From Dimargaris cristalligena (lineage: Eukaryota), in assembly GCA_003614675.1 (NCBI GenBank), contig ML002320.1, forward strand, positions 1-42,148: a DNA stretch of 42,148 bases, in the 5' to 3' direction. This document shows positions 11,451 through 23,813 of this stretch, one piece after another. The notes under the pieces were generated by a model that worked only from the letters and a program-made list of their open reading frames with translations, ran no database searches and was not told where the DNA came from. How positions within the stretch are numbered: position 1 is the stretch's first letter; the number at the start of each line of letters is the position of its first letter. Both the position numbers and the translations under genes were made by a program.

Positions 11451-13651
11451 ATGGCCACCCCATTTACATCCACGCTGGCCCCGCGGAAAAAACAAGAACT
11501 GTAAGTATCAATTAATGTTATTCGAAGGTTCGCCAAGGGAAACCTAATGACCCTACGTACCCGGCGTGCGCGGGTGGTTCGATCATGCCCCGTTGCTGCC
11601 ATAAATACAATTCGTTGTACAGGCAGTTAGTTATACCAGGGTGGCAGTCACTAAGCAATTCTTCCTTGACTGCTTTCCATTTATTGGCGTAAACCTCCTG
11701 GAAGACGCCTCTGGGTCCTACCCAGCACGAAGGGTGGCTCATCATTATCGTTAATCCTGATTTCCATAGTTAACTACACCTGCGCCCAAGGCCAGTTTTC
11801 CGCGACCCCCTTGTGCTGTAGCGTCCGTTAAGGCCCACATGGATATCCACTAGCTCATACCGTCATTTTTTATTTTATGAACCACATCTGACCTTATCGC
11901 CCACCACATTGCACCACTAGACAGCGAGCGGTTCTTGATTTTCTACACACCAGTGGCTACGAGGAAGCGTACACCGCCCTCAAGAAGGAGACCCAAAACG
12001 AAGACTTTGTTCCCGATCGTAAGGGCAAGTACGCCGGCCTGCTCGAGAAGAAATGGGCGACATTTGTGCGGCTACAGCTTCGGGTAAGTTTATAGTGTAA
12101 TGATCCCCGTTTATTTCGCAGGACCACCCCAAGGTCCCGGCTCCGCTTTCGATGATCGGAAATGGCTAGCTATACTCAGTCGGCTGACCATAGTCTTCTT
12201 CTACCCTGTTCTTAATATACTTCCTTATCCATGCCCCTTCCCCTTTTATCTTGGGTATCGGCAGTACTAACCCACCGGCATATAAATGCCTTTCGTATTG
12301 CATTAATATACAATCCCCCCTATAGATTATGGAGCTCGAAGGTAAAATATCTTCCCTGGAGGAAGAACTAAAGAATGCCCCCGTTCGGAAGGCCACCCGT
12401 TCGGTCGATTGGATACCTCGCCCACCAGCGAAATTCCACCTCAAGAGTCACCGCTCACCCATTACCCGGGTTTGCTTCCATCCCGTATTCAATGTTCTGG
12501 CGACCGCCTCGGAGGACACGACCGTGAAGATCTGGGACTACGAAACCGGTGAATTTGAGCGGACTCTTAAGGGCCATACCAAAGCTGTGCAGGATGTCAC
12601 CTTTGATCCCAAAGGCACCTTTCTGGCCTCCTGCTCCGCTGACCTCACGGTCCGCCTGTGGGATCTTAGCAATGACTACCAATGCACCAAAACCCTTTTC
12701 GGACACGACCACTGCGTATCCTGCGTGCGCTATCTTCCATCGGGTGACAAACTGGTGTCTACTAGCCGAGATAAATCCATCCGGATTTGGGAGGCCTCAT
12801 CGGGGTAAGTATTGCACTATTTCTATCGGCCAGCATGATTTATTTCGCTTAAGGTCATTTGATGAGAACCAGTCCGATTGGGTCTCCATTTCCTGTATAC
12901 CATATGGTGGGTAGTCGAAGTTGCCTTTTCGCACATGGCTCTGTGCCCTGGCCCATTCATCAGCTAACTGTTAATTGTGTTTGTTTTGGTTACACTACTT
13001 TACGTGGCCCACAGCTATTGCCTAAAGACAATACAGGGTCACGCGGAATGGGTGCGGTACATCTCCGTCAGTGAGGACGCGCGGCTCTTTGTGACAGGCT
13101 CAAATGACCAGAGTGTCCGAGTATGGGATCCGAGCTCGGGCGAGTGTAAGTTCGATCTCCGGGGCCACGAACATGTCGTCGAATGTGTCCAATTCGCCCC
13201 ACCGATTGCCTATTCCTTTATCCGCCAATTACTGGGCATTGCCCCTAAAGTACGGGCCAAATCCCCGTCCGTATCGGGCGGCACCCCGGCGTCGGCTGTG
13301 GCGGTTTTGGCCAATGGTCACGCCGAACCATCCCCGGGCAATTACGCGGTGTCCGGCTCCCGGGACAAGACCATTATACTATGGGATACCCTAACGGGCC
13401 AGCTCCTCCATACATTCCGGGGCCACGATAACTGGGTCCGGGAAATCATTTTTCACCCCAGCGGCAAATTCATGCTGAGTGCCTCGGACGATAAGGCCAT
13501 TAAAATCTGGGAACTATCGACGGGCCGGTGCATGAAAACGTTGGCTGATGCCCACGGCCATTTTGTAACAAGCATTGCGTTTAGTACGGTGACCCCCGTG
13601 GTGGCCACGGGTAGTTACGACCAAGAGGTCAACATATGGGAGTGCCGATAA
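11451..13651 (+). CDS. LIS1: LIS1/NudF/Pac1 dynein regulator (LisH + coiled coil + WD40); exons 11451-11500, 11921-12083, 12326-12804, 13015-13651
   Basis: Spliced N-terminus [40 protein letters not shown]...[10 protein letters not shown]...RIMELEGK matches the LIS1 LisH/coil. 'DWIPRPP', 'GHTKAVQD', 'GHEHVVEC' and 'GHDNWVR' are LIS1 WD40 signatures. All three introns are GTAAGT...AG with consistent phases. Confidence 0.96.
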
Positions 13652-13864
13652 GGAGGAGAAAGCAGAAGAAAGGGAGGGAGGCAGGGGACGTATCCATTTC
13701 TTCTTCCCACCTTTTCATTCCCCCCCTCCTCGGTTTTCAAATCCGAAAAGATGATTTAGTCGACCCAATCCACTCCCGTCTTACCCGACCTCTTATGATG
13801 ATACTTACCCGAGCTCGCCCGTATCTCTTTTGTTTCGCCTGCTTCTTAATATACATAACCCCAT

Positions 13865-13894
13865 TATATATATATATATATTTATACATATATA
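13865..13894. repeat. (TA)n microsatellite in the LIS1 3' region
   Basis: TATATATATATATATA followed by an imperfect TA run. Confidence 0.7.
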
Positions 13895-14802
13895 CAGATT
13901 GGTAGACACCGATATTCGTAGGTGGTCAAAGTGGGACTACTATTTCCGACATTGCTAGTTAGAGTAGTAGCTACCCATGGGTTGGATGGTCTTGTGGTTT
14001 GTTACTCATTATCTGCTTCCTTATATATCGTCCTACCCGATTTTCAACACCAGTTCCCTCCCTCCTCCTCGCCCTCCTCTGCGCGTCTCCTACTATATCT
14101 ATAACCCATCTAATACTACCCCGTCTCTCCACCCCTTCCTACCTACCTACCAATTTACTTACTTTCAACACTAATTCTCGTCTTCCCCTCTAATGTACTA
14201 TGCTCTTCGTCCGTCCCCATTGCTTTCACCATCGTTTTCGCCATTTGTTTCCAATAATCGGTCAGGATTAGACTTGATTCATATTTTATCCCTAATTTCT
14301 CTTTTTTTTTCCCTCAATTTTTTTAATATCTTACTATATTCCAAATTCACTATTTTATTCAAAATTGCCCCTTCTCCACCGCCTCATCCGACCCTCCCCC
14401 CTTTTAATCCATCTACTCCCTCCGGACCATTTTCAATAAAAAACGGGGCCTGTTCCTAATATCCCACATCCGAGTGTTATTCTGACCGGATGCGGTCTAA
14501 TGGGCCACTCATACAATAAACCTTTACCTTTAACTACTGCGCTTAGCTGCTATCACTATACGGATCACCGAATACTATAAATCGCCCCACTTCTAGTACG
14601 CCAAATGCGAGTTGTTGGATATTGGGCCATCGTGTCAGATGGTTATTGCGAGGAGGATATTGTTCCCGATCCATAAGCAGAAGTGGACCGGGAAATTTGA
14701 AGAAATAACCGTGCAGTGATATATTGCCCTTTTTATAAAATACCCTACTAAGGAATGCCTTGATTCCAATGTAAACCCGCCTAAGTTAATACATCGGGAT
14801 CC

Positions 14803-14932
14803 AAATGGGAGAAGTTCATCCAGGCTGCATAACGAAAAACCCATTGGATGAAGCACACATATCAAGGGGCAAAAGTTATTCTTCTATATATCATCTAAAA
14901 CCTTATACGGCTGGGCTGAAGTTCACCCAAAT
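14803..14932 (+). mobile_element. MITE-like dispersed repeat, copy 3 (divergent interior)
   Basis: AAATGGGAGAAGTTCATCCAGGCTGCATAACGAAAAACCCATTGGATGAAGC...AAAACCTTATACGGCTGGGCTGAAGTTCACCCAAAT. Confidence 0.72.
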
Positions 14933-16531
14933 GTTACCCACTAAACTGGTTGCCATTACAGGCTTTCCTTCGGAAACATCTCACTTGCTTCCATGGTTCC
15001 AATGGAACCATTAACCGCCCATGTGCCACCGTCGCTGGACTTATATATCGACCAGATGTCCCCCATAACCCAGTATCGGTATATTAGTATCGCTGTGGTA
15101 ATAGGGGGCGGGATTTACTATCGCTTATATTTCTCCACTCTTTAGCGATGTGTGATAATGCTTGTCACTACCCACACGAATGCCATCCCTGGATTAAATA
15201 AGTAGGAATTTATGTCATAACTTTAGTACTAAATTTGCATCTATTTAAACCCCGTGTTGATGGACGTGCGGCTTTTTACGGAACCTTGCTCCGACTTTTT
15301 GGGTATTCTTTACTCCACGCTCCGCAGACCATATCCTCCCAAATGCTCCGGTAAAACAATAATAATAGGACCTATTGTGTAAATGATCCATCAGCTGGGT
15401 TGCACTTGTCCCCCCATGTATCAAGGGGCTATAGCAAGGGGAGGGAGGAGGGTAGGCTTAGGTTAGTCATGGAAAAGAGAAGGGTCAACCTTGTCCAGTT
15501 TCGGAGCTTCTATTGGGGGGGAATCATGGTGCCAGTATTTTTACATTTCACCATTGGCGTGGAGGTCCAGCGCAATGCTGGACTTGTCGCAACTATAGTG
15601 GGGTCTATGGAGCGTAGAGTCTAGAACAGGCGATCCAAAATTATAGCGCTCGCTAGTGTGCAGGTATAGGTCAGATTGGAAATGCCAGTTATTGGGAGGG
15701 GGGGCTTGGGCCCATCGATTTGACTAACCGCCTATGTATAAGGTGGGGTAATGGCTGTTTAGCGCATAGGCGAGGGGGAAAGGCTGCAGGCAATTGTACA
15801 ACTGCAAAGAACCAATTCTCCACTGCCGCCCACTTCTTCAAAAATACAGGTGCGCAGGAATGGCACGGTTGGCCAGCCCTATTGGCGATGAAAGTAGCGG
15901 TTAGTTACACGACGGTAAACGCAAGCGTTTGACAGAGTCAGCCTTTGGGAAAACAGAGCTCGTTCATTAGGTTTCCATTCAACCAGCTGTTGTTGGTCCG
16001 AAAGCACCCTAGGGTCTATTGAGTGGAGGGACCATCGGCCTATACCCCTCCCCTTCCCTCCCCACCCATACAGCATCTTATTATTGGTGTTATTCGTTGG
16101 ACCAATCCACCTATTGTCTGACCATTTTCCCGCCCCGTTCACTTCGCACCCCTCCATCCCTCCCCGCCTTCCTTCCCCGCTTTTCTAATTCCCCAACGGG
16201 CCGGCATGGAAGCACCTGTCGTCTATTGGGAGGTACGTAGTCAGCGGGGGATATAGCTGGCATTGTGGTTCAAGTAATCGCAGCTATATATACAGCATCA
16301 TTTGCCCACTTTGACTAATATCTTGTTTACGATCCTCTTGTTTAAAATATATTGCACGCTGACTAGGTTTATAGCCGAATTAGTTGATCGATACCTTCCT
16401 GCTGTTACGATACTTTACGATCATTCTTTATATCTATATATTCCGATAGTCTAGGAATAACGATTCATTTTTGTCAATTTACGTCCTCTTGCCTTCTCAG
16501 AATTTCGGTGGATTCTCCTCCCTAAACTACC

Positions 16532-18097
16532 ATGAAGGTCACTTTTGGACTGTTATTTTGTACGGGTCTGGCCTCCGTCGCCCTCAGTCGCCCTACGAAC
16601 CAAAAAGATGCTCGTTTCACGCCTAGATACGCCGATGAAGGTAGTAGCCATCCCGCTCCCCTCACGGACGAAAATATCGAGGCCAGCATTGTGGCCCTTG
16701 ATACCCCGCATCCTATCGATGCTGAAGCTAAGCGTAAGGCCGAGGATATGAAGGCCCAAACCTTCGCCGCCCAGAAGCAGCAGCAGTCCACCGGCCCGAC
16801 AGTGATTCACCATGGCCAAATTGTGAATGATGAGCGCAGTCTCCCGCGTACTCTGGAGGCCTCGACCCACCTGGAGGCCGAACCTACCTTGATGGCGGAG
16901 CTACTCAAGTACAACTACGTGCTGCGCCTTAACCAAGACGGTGAGGGCCAGTACTTGCCTAACTTCCCCGAACTCCTGGAAAAGGGTCTTATCAAATACC
17001 CCCAACCGGCATCGACCGCCGGTGCTCTGTCCGAGAGTGAAACCACCCCGGCTGACCTCCCGTACGTGATTTATAATGTCAAGGAGTTCCCCCTCAATCC
17101 CACCCAGTGGGCCCTGGGGGTCTATCTGGACCGCGCCAAGGAGGCCCAGGACCTGCTGCCCTACATAGAAGTCGAGCCCACGGGAATTATATTCAACTTT
17201 TCCAAACTCCACGAAATGGTCAAGACCGACATTTACCGCGAACGCATCGCCGCACAGCGCGAGAACATGGCCTTTACCCAGGAGCCCCATGCGCAAGCCA
17301 ATCAGGCCGCCGGCTACAGTTCGGGTTCCACGTCCGGCCAACAGAGCACCCCCGGTCAGCTAACTACCCCCCAGGTCGAGTCGAGCCCGGGTTCCGATGC
17401 CGCGTCTGAATCCAGCGAGGGCCACCGTAAGATGCCCAGTTCCCTCCATGAAAGTGACGACGACGTCGTTGAAGAGCCCACCCAGAAAGTGGAACCCGAA
17501 GTGGCTAATCCCCAGCCGAAAAAGAAAAGCAATTTCCTCTATGACCTTTTCACCAAACGCATTCTCGGCCGCCACCCGGCGACGCCTAAACCCGAGGTGG
17601 AGGTCCAGTCCAGTGATGCTGACGTCGAGGAGACTGACGAAGAGGAAGACGAAGTTACTCTGGTGAACAAACCTATGCCTGGCGGCTTCGTCCACGAGCC
17701 GGTCGTGTCCGCTAATGATCACACTAACCCTGCCTCGACTGATAGGGATATCCATACCGAGCAACCTAACCACAGCAACGTAGGTCCCCAGGCCGAGTCC
17801 TCCTCCACCAGCTCCAAGCAGGCGTCAACCAGTTACCCTTACTATCCCCCCTATTACCCTCCCGTTACCAAGCAGCATGACCACAGCGAACGAGTTCCCC
17901 AGGCCGAGTCCTCTTCCTCCCGCTCCCAACAAACGTCCCGTGGCTATCCTTATTACGCGCCCTACTACCCCCACCCTCACCCTACCGGTAACCCTACCCG
18001 AGCCTTCGGATCCGGTATCCTACCGCCTCCCAACACCACCCCTTTCTCCCAGAATGGGGATTTCAAGCGCTTTAGCGAACTTCTAAACCGGCTCTAA
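16532..18097 (+). CDS. Orphan secreted protein (521 aa), disordered C-half with internal duplication; candidate effector
   Basis: Signal peptide MKVTFGLLFCTGLASVALS. accATG context and strong C-ending codon bias. Duplicated PQAESSS...YPYY.PYYP unit. Confidence 0.85.
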   Translation: MKVTFGLLFCTGLASVALSRPTNQKDARFTPRYADEGSSHPAPLTDENIEASIVALDTPHPIDAEAKRKAEDMKAQTFAAQKQQQSTGPTVIHHGQIVNDERSLPRTLEASTHLEAEPTLMAELLKYNYVLRLNQDGEGQYLPNFPELLEKGLIKYPQPASTAGALSESETTPADLPYVIYNVKEFPLNPTQWALGVYLDRAKEAQDLLPYIEVEPTGIIFNFSKLHEMVKTDIYRERIAAQRENMAFTQEPHAQANQAAGYSSGSTSGQQSTPGQLTTPQVESSPGSDAASESSEGHRKMPSSLHESDDDVVEEPTQKVEPEVANPQPKKKSNFLYDLFTKRILGRHPATPKPEVEVQSSDADVEETDEEEDEVTLVNKPMPGGFVHEPVVSANDHTNPASTDRDIHTEQPNHSNVGPQAESSSTSSKQASTSYPYYPPYYPPVTKQHDHSERVPQAESSSSRSQQTSRGYPYYAPYYPHPHPTGNPTRAFGSGILPPPNTTPFSQNGDFKRFSELLNRL

Positions 18098-19376
18098 GCA
18101 ACAATAGCTTCTCGTCTTCAAGTGCAGTCTATCTTTAATCCTGCTTAATGGCCTGACTTATAATTATATATCCTGTCGTTTCATAATAACGTTTTCCGAT
18201 CGCTTTGCCCCGTTTCTTAAGGATTGAGAGACTTTACCAACCCGTCATGATTTTTTTTTTTGGCTTCAGTTTTTTCTAATAATAATGTCTCTTTTTCAAA
18301 TGTGGCTCTATCATGGATAACCTTGGGCATGCTTTTGCGTGGTGTATAGCGGCAGCACCAAAATTTATTCGAATCCAAGGTTGGGGGACGCATTGTAGCT
18401 ATAGTTATTATTACTCATTTATTTTACCGCGACTTACCAATATACGGATTCGCTGTAATTGACTGATAGGTTTCCACACAATGGGCCTCATAGTTCACTT
18501 CGTTTGTTTAACGTAGGACTATGCATCTTTCGCTATACTATTTGTATCAAGTCCTACCAATGCCCACTAAAGCGACAGGGTGAGTATGGGCCATGGACAA
18601 AGGAGAAACGGGGGAAATTGTCGGAGGTGCACAGCTATGTACTCTAGGTACAACCTGACTGGCCAATGATATGAAACTATTAGCTAAAAAGTCGACCATA
18701 GTATCTGTAGTAGGCTGGCTGAAACCATCAATAAGATCCTTTTAATATATAAGGTCTAAACTCGCCAATTTTGGGACGAACAATGGGTGTCTATAGATTG
18801 GGGACCTAGGTAAATTAATTACCATTTACTTAAGCCTGTTATTCCACGGAAAACTGTTCAATAGAGGGTACTCGACCAGTATTTTCCCTAAACTTCAGCG
18901 GAAGATATTGGTTTTATCTGGCTCATTCCAATGACCCGGGCACGTGCCATTTTTCATAAATCGGTTACAGTTAAAGAGCCGTAGCCAATTCGAATGATTT
19001 AACTGATTTATAATTAGTGCAGTACCGTAGGCCGGGACTGATTTGGCAACAATTGCTTACTTACCAGACCAGATATATTCGAGAGAATTCGGCAGAGTTT
19101 AGCGAGTAATTTGAGCGACTTCTCAATTGGCCTAGTCTTAGGGTTACAACTTCTCCACAGGTGGTCTGCCCGAGTTTACATATTAAACCCGAGAGTTAAT
19201 CATTTTATAACCCAGTTCTTCTCTACATACCTTGGGTAGATTCACCACCATATTATACTGTTGCGTGCCATTCATCTTTTTAAAATGAGCGAGATTAAAT
19301 GCTGATAAAACATGCCGTCATTCTTACCCATTATAGGGTGACAGCTGGCAAGAATAGTGTTTATAAAAGCATCACT

Positions 19377-19413
19377 CAAAACCCTATACAGCTACACTGA
19401 ATTTCACCCATAT
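19377..19413 (+). mobile_element. Partial (right-end) copy of the MITE-like family
   Basis: AAAACCCTATACAGCTACACTGAATTTCACCCATAT matches the 3' TIR of the other copies. Confidence 0.55.
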
Positions 19414-20857
19414 CACACCAAATTCTGGAAATTTAATGAAGGTCAACCCTTACAACAGCTTGCTGTTACTGTGGTTGCCTCGATATTTTGATCCGAATTA
19501 GTGATTGGTTGTAATTTTTACCTCTTAACCTTAGACTTGATCCGTACAAATTCCTACAAATAGCACCAATTGACAACTTTCTTTGATATTTCATGGCTAT
19601 GCCTATAGTCGTAAGTTTTGGCTAAGTCGCCATCCATTCGGTTGTCATTTGATAGGCCGACCAAACTTCGATGACTTCTAAAACTTATTTTCTCTTACTA
19701 ATAATCCAATAATTTGAACATGCAACTATCATTTGGTGTTGACCTATCTGTTGATGTTATAACATAAAGGACAAATGCAAAGTCTTACAGGAGCAACCTA
19801 AAAAAAATTGAAGAGAAAAAGAACCGCCAGTGACATTGCTAGATACTCGCAGTTGGTCATATTGGGTTAGGTAAAAGAGACGCTCAATATGAATGATGGT
19901 ACGAGTATGGGATGGCATAGCCAAGGTTATTGAATCAACGGGACGGGAGAAATGAATTTATACCACTAATAAATTATCCCCTCCAATCGCCAGGCATTCC
20001 TTTATTGCTTCCTGGCTTTTATACGATCTCTTAATACACACTGGGTTACCTCCATTTTCGTTCGGCCAATATTGGCTGTGGACCACACGGAAGTACTGAT
20101 TAACTAATTTAATGCCGCACATTATCATACACCACAATCATTATCAACCGGATTTTCCAATTGAATAGTTGAACTGAGTGCCATTCACTGTTTTTGGTCG
20201 TTGATCGAAAAAGATAACATAATATCCGTTTTTTCTATCTATTTAGAAAACTACGAGTGTAAAATAATATTACCTATTGTTTCTCCAGCTGCTTAATAGC
20301 GCAGTGTTCTATATGCGATGCACGTGTCACTTAAGTGGGATGACACCCAACATCGATACTAGCCTTTGTTAGACCGCTATTGAATTGGTCTATTAGAAAA
20401 GAAATGGAAATGGGTAATAGAGTTCGCCTGTGTTCAATGGGCGGTGAATGTACACTGACATCAGCCTTGTTGAACAATTCATCTTTGGAATATAGACCAG
20501 ATTATAAAGTCATGGGTGCACTTTAGGGTACACAATATAACACTGTGGCACTTGGAAGTGGGTTTTATGCCAATAATACAAACTTTATCTGAATCCATAT
20601 ACATCCTGTATATATAGACGTCGACCCTCCTTTCTTCTGCTACGTGTCCCCCTTCTATGAACCTTCTATTGAGAACTGCCGTGTTTACATGATCCACTTT
20701 AGCATCTGTCTTAAATACAAAACATACCGCAGTGGTCATTTTTCTAGCAGCATTGCTAACTCAAGTAGCCCGTCAGTCTGTTTTTTCTTGTTTCCGTCTT
20801 AGCTGACACACCTTTACCTTTCGTTTTAGTCGAATAATCCCAAATAACTGTCCTAAA

Positions 20858-22028
20858 ATGCACGCGTGCAAAATGACCGGCCTACTGTCTTTGCTCTTTC
20901 TAGTATGTACCTCTGGAGCAAACGATTCTGAACTTGATTTCAATAACACTGTTCTCTATAACTACGGTCTCCAGTTTAGCATTGCCGACGTGGCGACAAA
21001 CCCATTCCCGGGACCCCGTGCCAAAGCCCCACCGTTATCGAATATCCTCGATTGTATTAGTCAATTGGACAGCGATGGACTAGGGTATTTCATTAACCGG
21101 CTCGAACAGATCATGGGCGGCCGTGATATTCTGGAGCACCGGGATCCAGAACAGATGTATAGTACAGACAATCTCAGCAATCAACGAGTTTTAACTAAAT
21201 ACATTTCCCAAGCAGAGGCCGGTTGATCTGCCACGATAAGCGCTGGCAGTGGGAGGAACAGCGCCGCTCTCGGCCCAAGGCTGTTTGACAATCCGCCTGG
21301 TATAGAATGGGATCCCGTCGTTGAAAGTATATTGCCATCAGGAGGCATTCCACTCTGTCAGCAGGCAAGACAATTCATGAAATTGGATTCCAGAAGTTGT
21401 CACCACGAACTACTCGAGCCCATGGATCCTATATGTAATGGCAAACATACGGTAGTGCACAACCGCGAGAAGCCTTACGCCTATGGGCACTGTGAAAGCT
21501 CATACACGAACCAGAATGACCTTGGAACTCATTTGCGATTACATTCACAAGTGGGGTCTGGCATTTGCGAACTTTGTGACAAATCGTTTCCAACGTCCAG
21601 TCGTCTCGATAGGCATATGCGATCACATACCAGGACGAATAATTCAACCTGCGATAAGTGCGGGAAGGCGATTTCATCAGCCGGGAATCTCAAAAAACAT
21701 TTACGAATCCACACCAGAGAAAGGCCCTATATCTGTAAGTATTGTGGGAGGGCATTCTCATTATCCAACAATCTCAAGAAACATATGCGAACCCACACCG
21801 GAGAAAGGCCTTATGCCTGCGAGAATTACGGGAAGCCATTTTCATCATCCAGCAATCGCGCATCACATATGCGAGCACTCCATAAAGATACTACTCTTTT
21901 GTGATTGCTGTAGCCATTCATATGCAAAATCTAACGGCCTCAATCATCATTTAAACCCATACACCTGCGGGGAGTCTCTAAATCCTTGCCCTGGATGGGA
22001 GTTTCTGTACACAATACCTTTATGTTAA
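20858..22028 (+). pseudogene. Signal-peptide + tandem C2H2 zinc-finger gene, disrupted (in-frame TGA 21224-21226; frameshift about 21896-21900)
   Basis: ORFs 20858-21226 and 21332-21904 are in the same frame and separated by a single TGA. N-terminus MHACKMTGLLSLLFLVCTSGA. Five fingers (some degenerate) with HTGERPY-type linkers. A sixth finger (CDCCSHSYAKSNGLNHH) continues in another frame. Confidence 0.72.
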
Positions 22029-22652
22029 CTAGAATCTAAGATAACTACTTGGAATGTGTAATGGGATTTGATCTATTGAAATGCCTGTTTTACGATCCTC
22101 GAGCGGGGAGTCCTTTTCAAAACAGATATAGCGGTGTCCTGTTCACGAGTTTCCTTAACTTTGCATATTTGAAATCTCCCTAAAATAGTGGTTTTTATAA
22201 ATATTCTGCTCGAAAAAGCGCCACTATATGCCCCCGTTAATTAAATATTTCGACCGGTACATTGCTACAATATCCCACCCCTTTTGTGTATTCTAATCCG
22301 GTCAATGGCCCTAACATTATCAGCAAGGTGACTCCCCCATGGACGCCGGTAGGTTCTGAAAAGGGGCCCACTTATCCCAACAATATCCCTAAAACTTAGC
22401 GCTGTAAAGTCGAACCCCAGCGATAATAAATAGCCTTAGGAAGTCGACCCGTACGCACACCGATATAGTGTTATAGTGGTTAACTGTCACGAAAAATCAA
22501 CTATAGAATGCAAATACACATGTATAAATAACTAAAATAATTTATATGTATAGGATTTTAAGAAGCGACCCCCACAATGTTAATACAGCATAGATGCTGG
22601 TGCATTGAGTGTTTTGCAGGGGGTTTAAACTGATACCAGAGTAAGGTTAAGG

Positions 22653-23813
22653 TTAGCGATTGGAAGGTTCCCCAATATTGTACAATTCCTGGGAAGATAT
22701 CGGTTTAAGGTTGTACCCTGACAAGAAAGTGCCCTGCTTGCGATTTCGAGATTCAGCAGCATCGAGCTTTTCAAGTTTCTGGGTATTTTCGCGAATACGA
22801 TCTCGGATTTCACTAATTTCAGCATCAATCTTCTTTTGATCTATAGATGTTTATAATTGTAGAATGTAAAGGCGACATGATACGATTCTGAATTAACCAA
22901 AGTAGTATGGTGGTGAGTGGAGATTCATCAGTAAGATTATTCAATGAATTTGCGATCATACGGGTGGTTGGGAAGAGAATACCCTCACGCATACCATCGT
23001 TAAACAAACTTAACTCAATACGGGTGACTCTATCCGGCAATTAAAGAGAGGTTGAGAAAACTATACGGCATTTCTACCGGGGTATTTAAACTTACCTTCC
23101 TGAATCAGTTCTTGAGCGGTTGGGTGGGGTAATTTGATGAATATGTCACCAAGGCTCATCCACGACTTGGTCTCTATAGAAAAGTATATAATTGGAGGGG
23201 GCAGCTCATTAGATTTCGAATTGGGTCTACATTGGAGATCTTTAATGGGGGTGAAGGCTGCGAAGTATTCTCGGGTCTCCTGGAGCCCATTATTAGATAT
23301 TTATATAGCGACATACCTTTGGCACCGCCCTTTTGGATGGACCGAAGGGCCTCCCGGTTGGAGTTACGCCGCCGGTCGTAATCAATGGACTGGTAGAATC
23401 GAATTAATTAGGGAGTAATATAAAATTAAATGAATTAAAAATCAGGAGACGATTCAGTTTAACCGTATAGGTCGGGGTATAGTAGAGTCCGCGAAGAAAT
23501 CGAGGGAATGCGGAGTTCAGACGTAAGTGGACGTATTGTGCAGGTGACTGATTTACTTACCAGCTGCCGGTCAATGAGGATCGATTCCCCAATAAGTTCC
23601 TTTTCAGTTTGCTCTGTTGAGGTTAATGGGAGTTACAGGTATGTTTTTTGGTACACATTGTAAGTTGTGTCCTCGTTTCCATTGGGTTGAGTGGCTTTTG
23701 TATACAATGGCTGAATCCGGAACCACGGTCGTTTGACTGGCTACATTCAACGAGGATGTATCCAACTCACGGCCATCAATGAACGCCTAGAACCTACCGT
23801 CAATAAAGTCCAT
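22653..23813 (-). CDS. PDRG1: PDRG1 (p53 and DNA damage-regulated 1), prefoldin-like subunit, 135 aa; exons 23813-23798, 23613-23561, 23389-23317, 23173-23096, 22840-22653
   Basis: Manual splicing through canonical GT-AG sites with matching phases gives MDFIDEQTEKELIGESILIDRQLSIDYDRRRNSNREALRSIQKGGAKETKSWMSLGDIFIKLPHPTAQELIQEDQKKIDAEISEIRDRIRENTQKLEKLDAAESRNRKQGTFLSGYNLKPISSQELYNIGEPSNR*. This matches PDRG1 motifs (RNxNREALR, GxxFIKxPHP, GFNLxPL). Confidence 0.9.

Noticed and set aside
11571..11592. GGTTCGATC B-box-like motif in LIS1 intron 1
   Set aside because: No cloverleaf or A-box context could be built.
21224..21226. In-frame TGA as selenocysteine or programmed readthrough (some early-diverging fungi use Sec)
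   Set aside because: No redox motif context and no SECIS that I can identify. The same gene has a frameshift and lost Cys ligands, which favours pseudogenisation.
22625..23418. ORF-track ORFs 22625-22828, 22825-23040 and 23134-23418
   Set aside because: Wrong-frame, intronic or antisense to the spliced PDRG1 gene.
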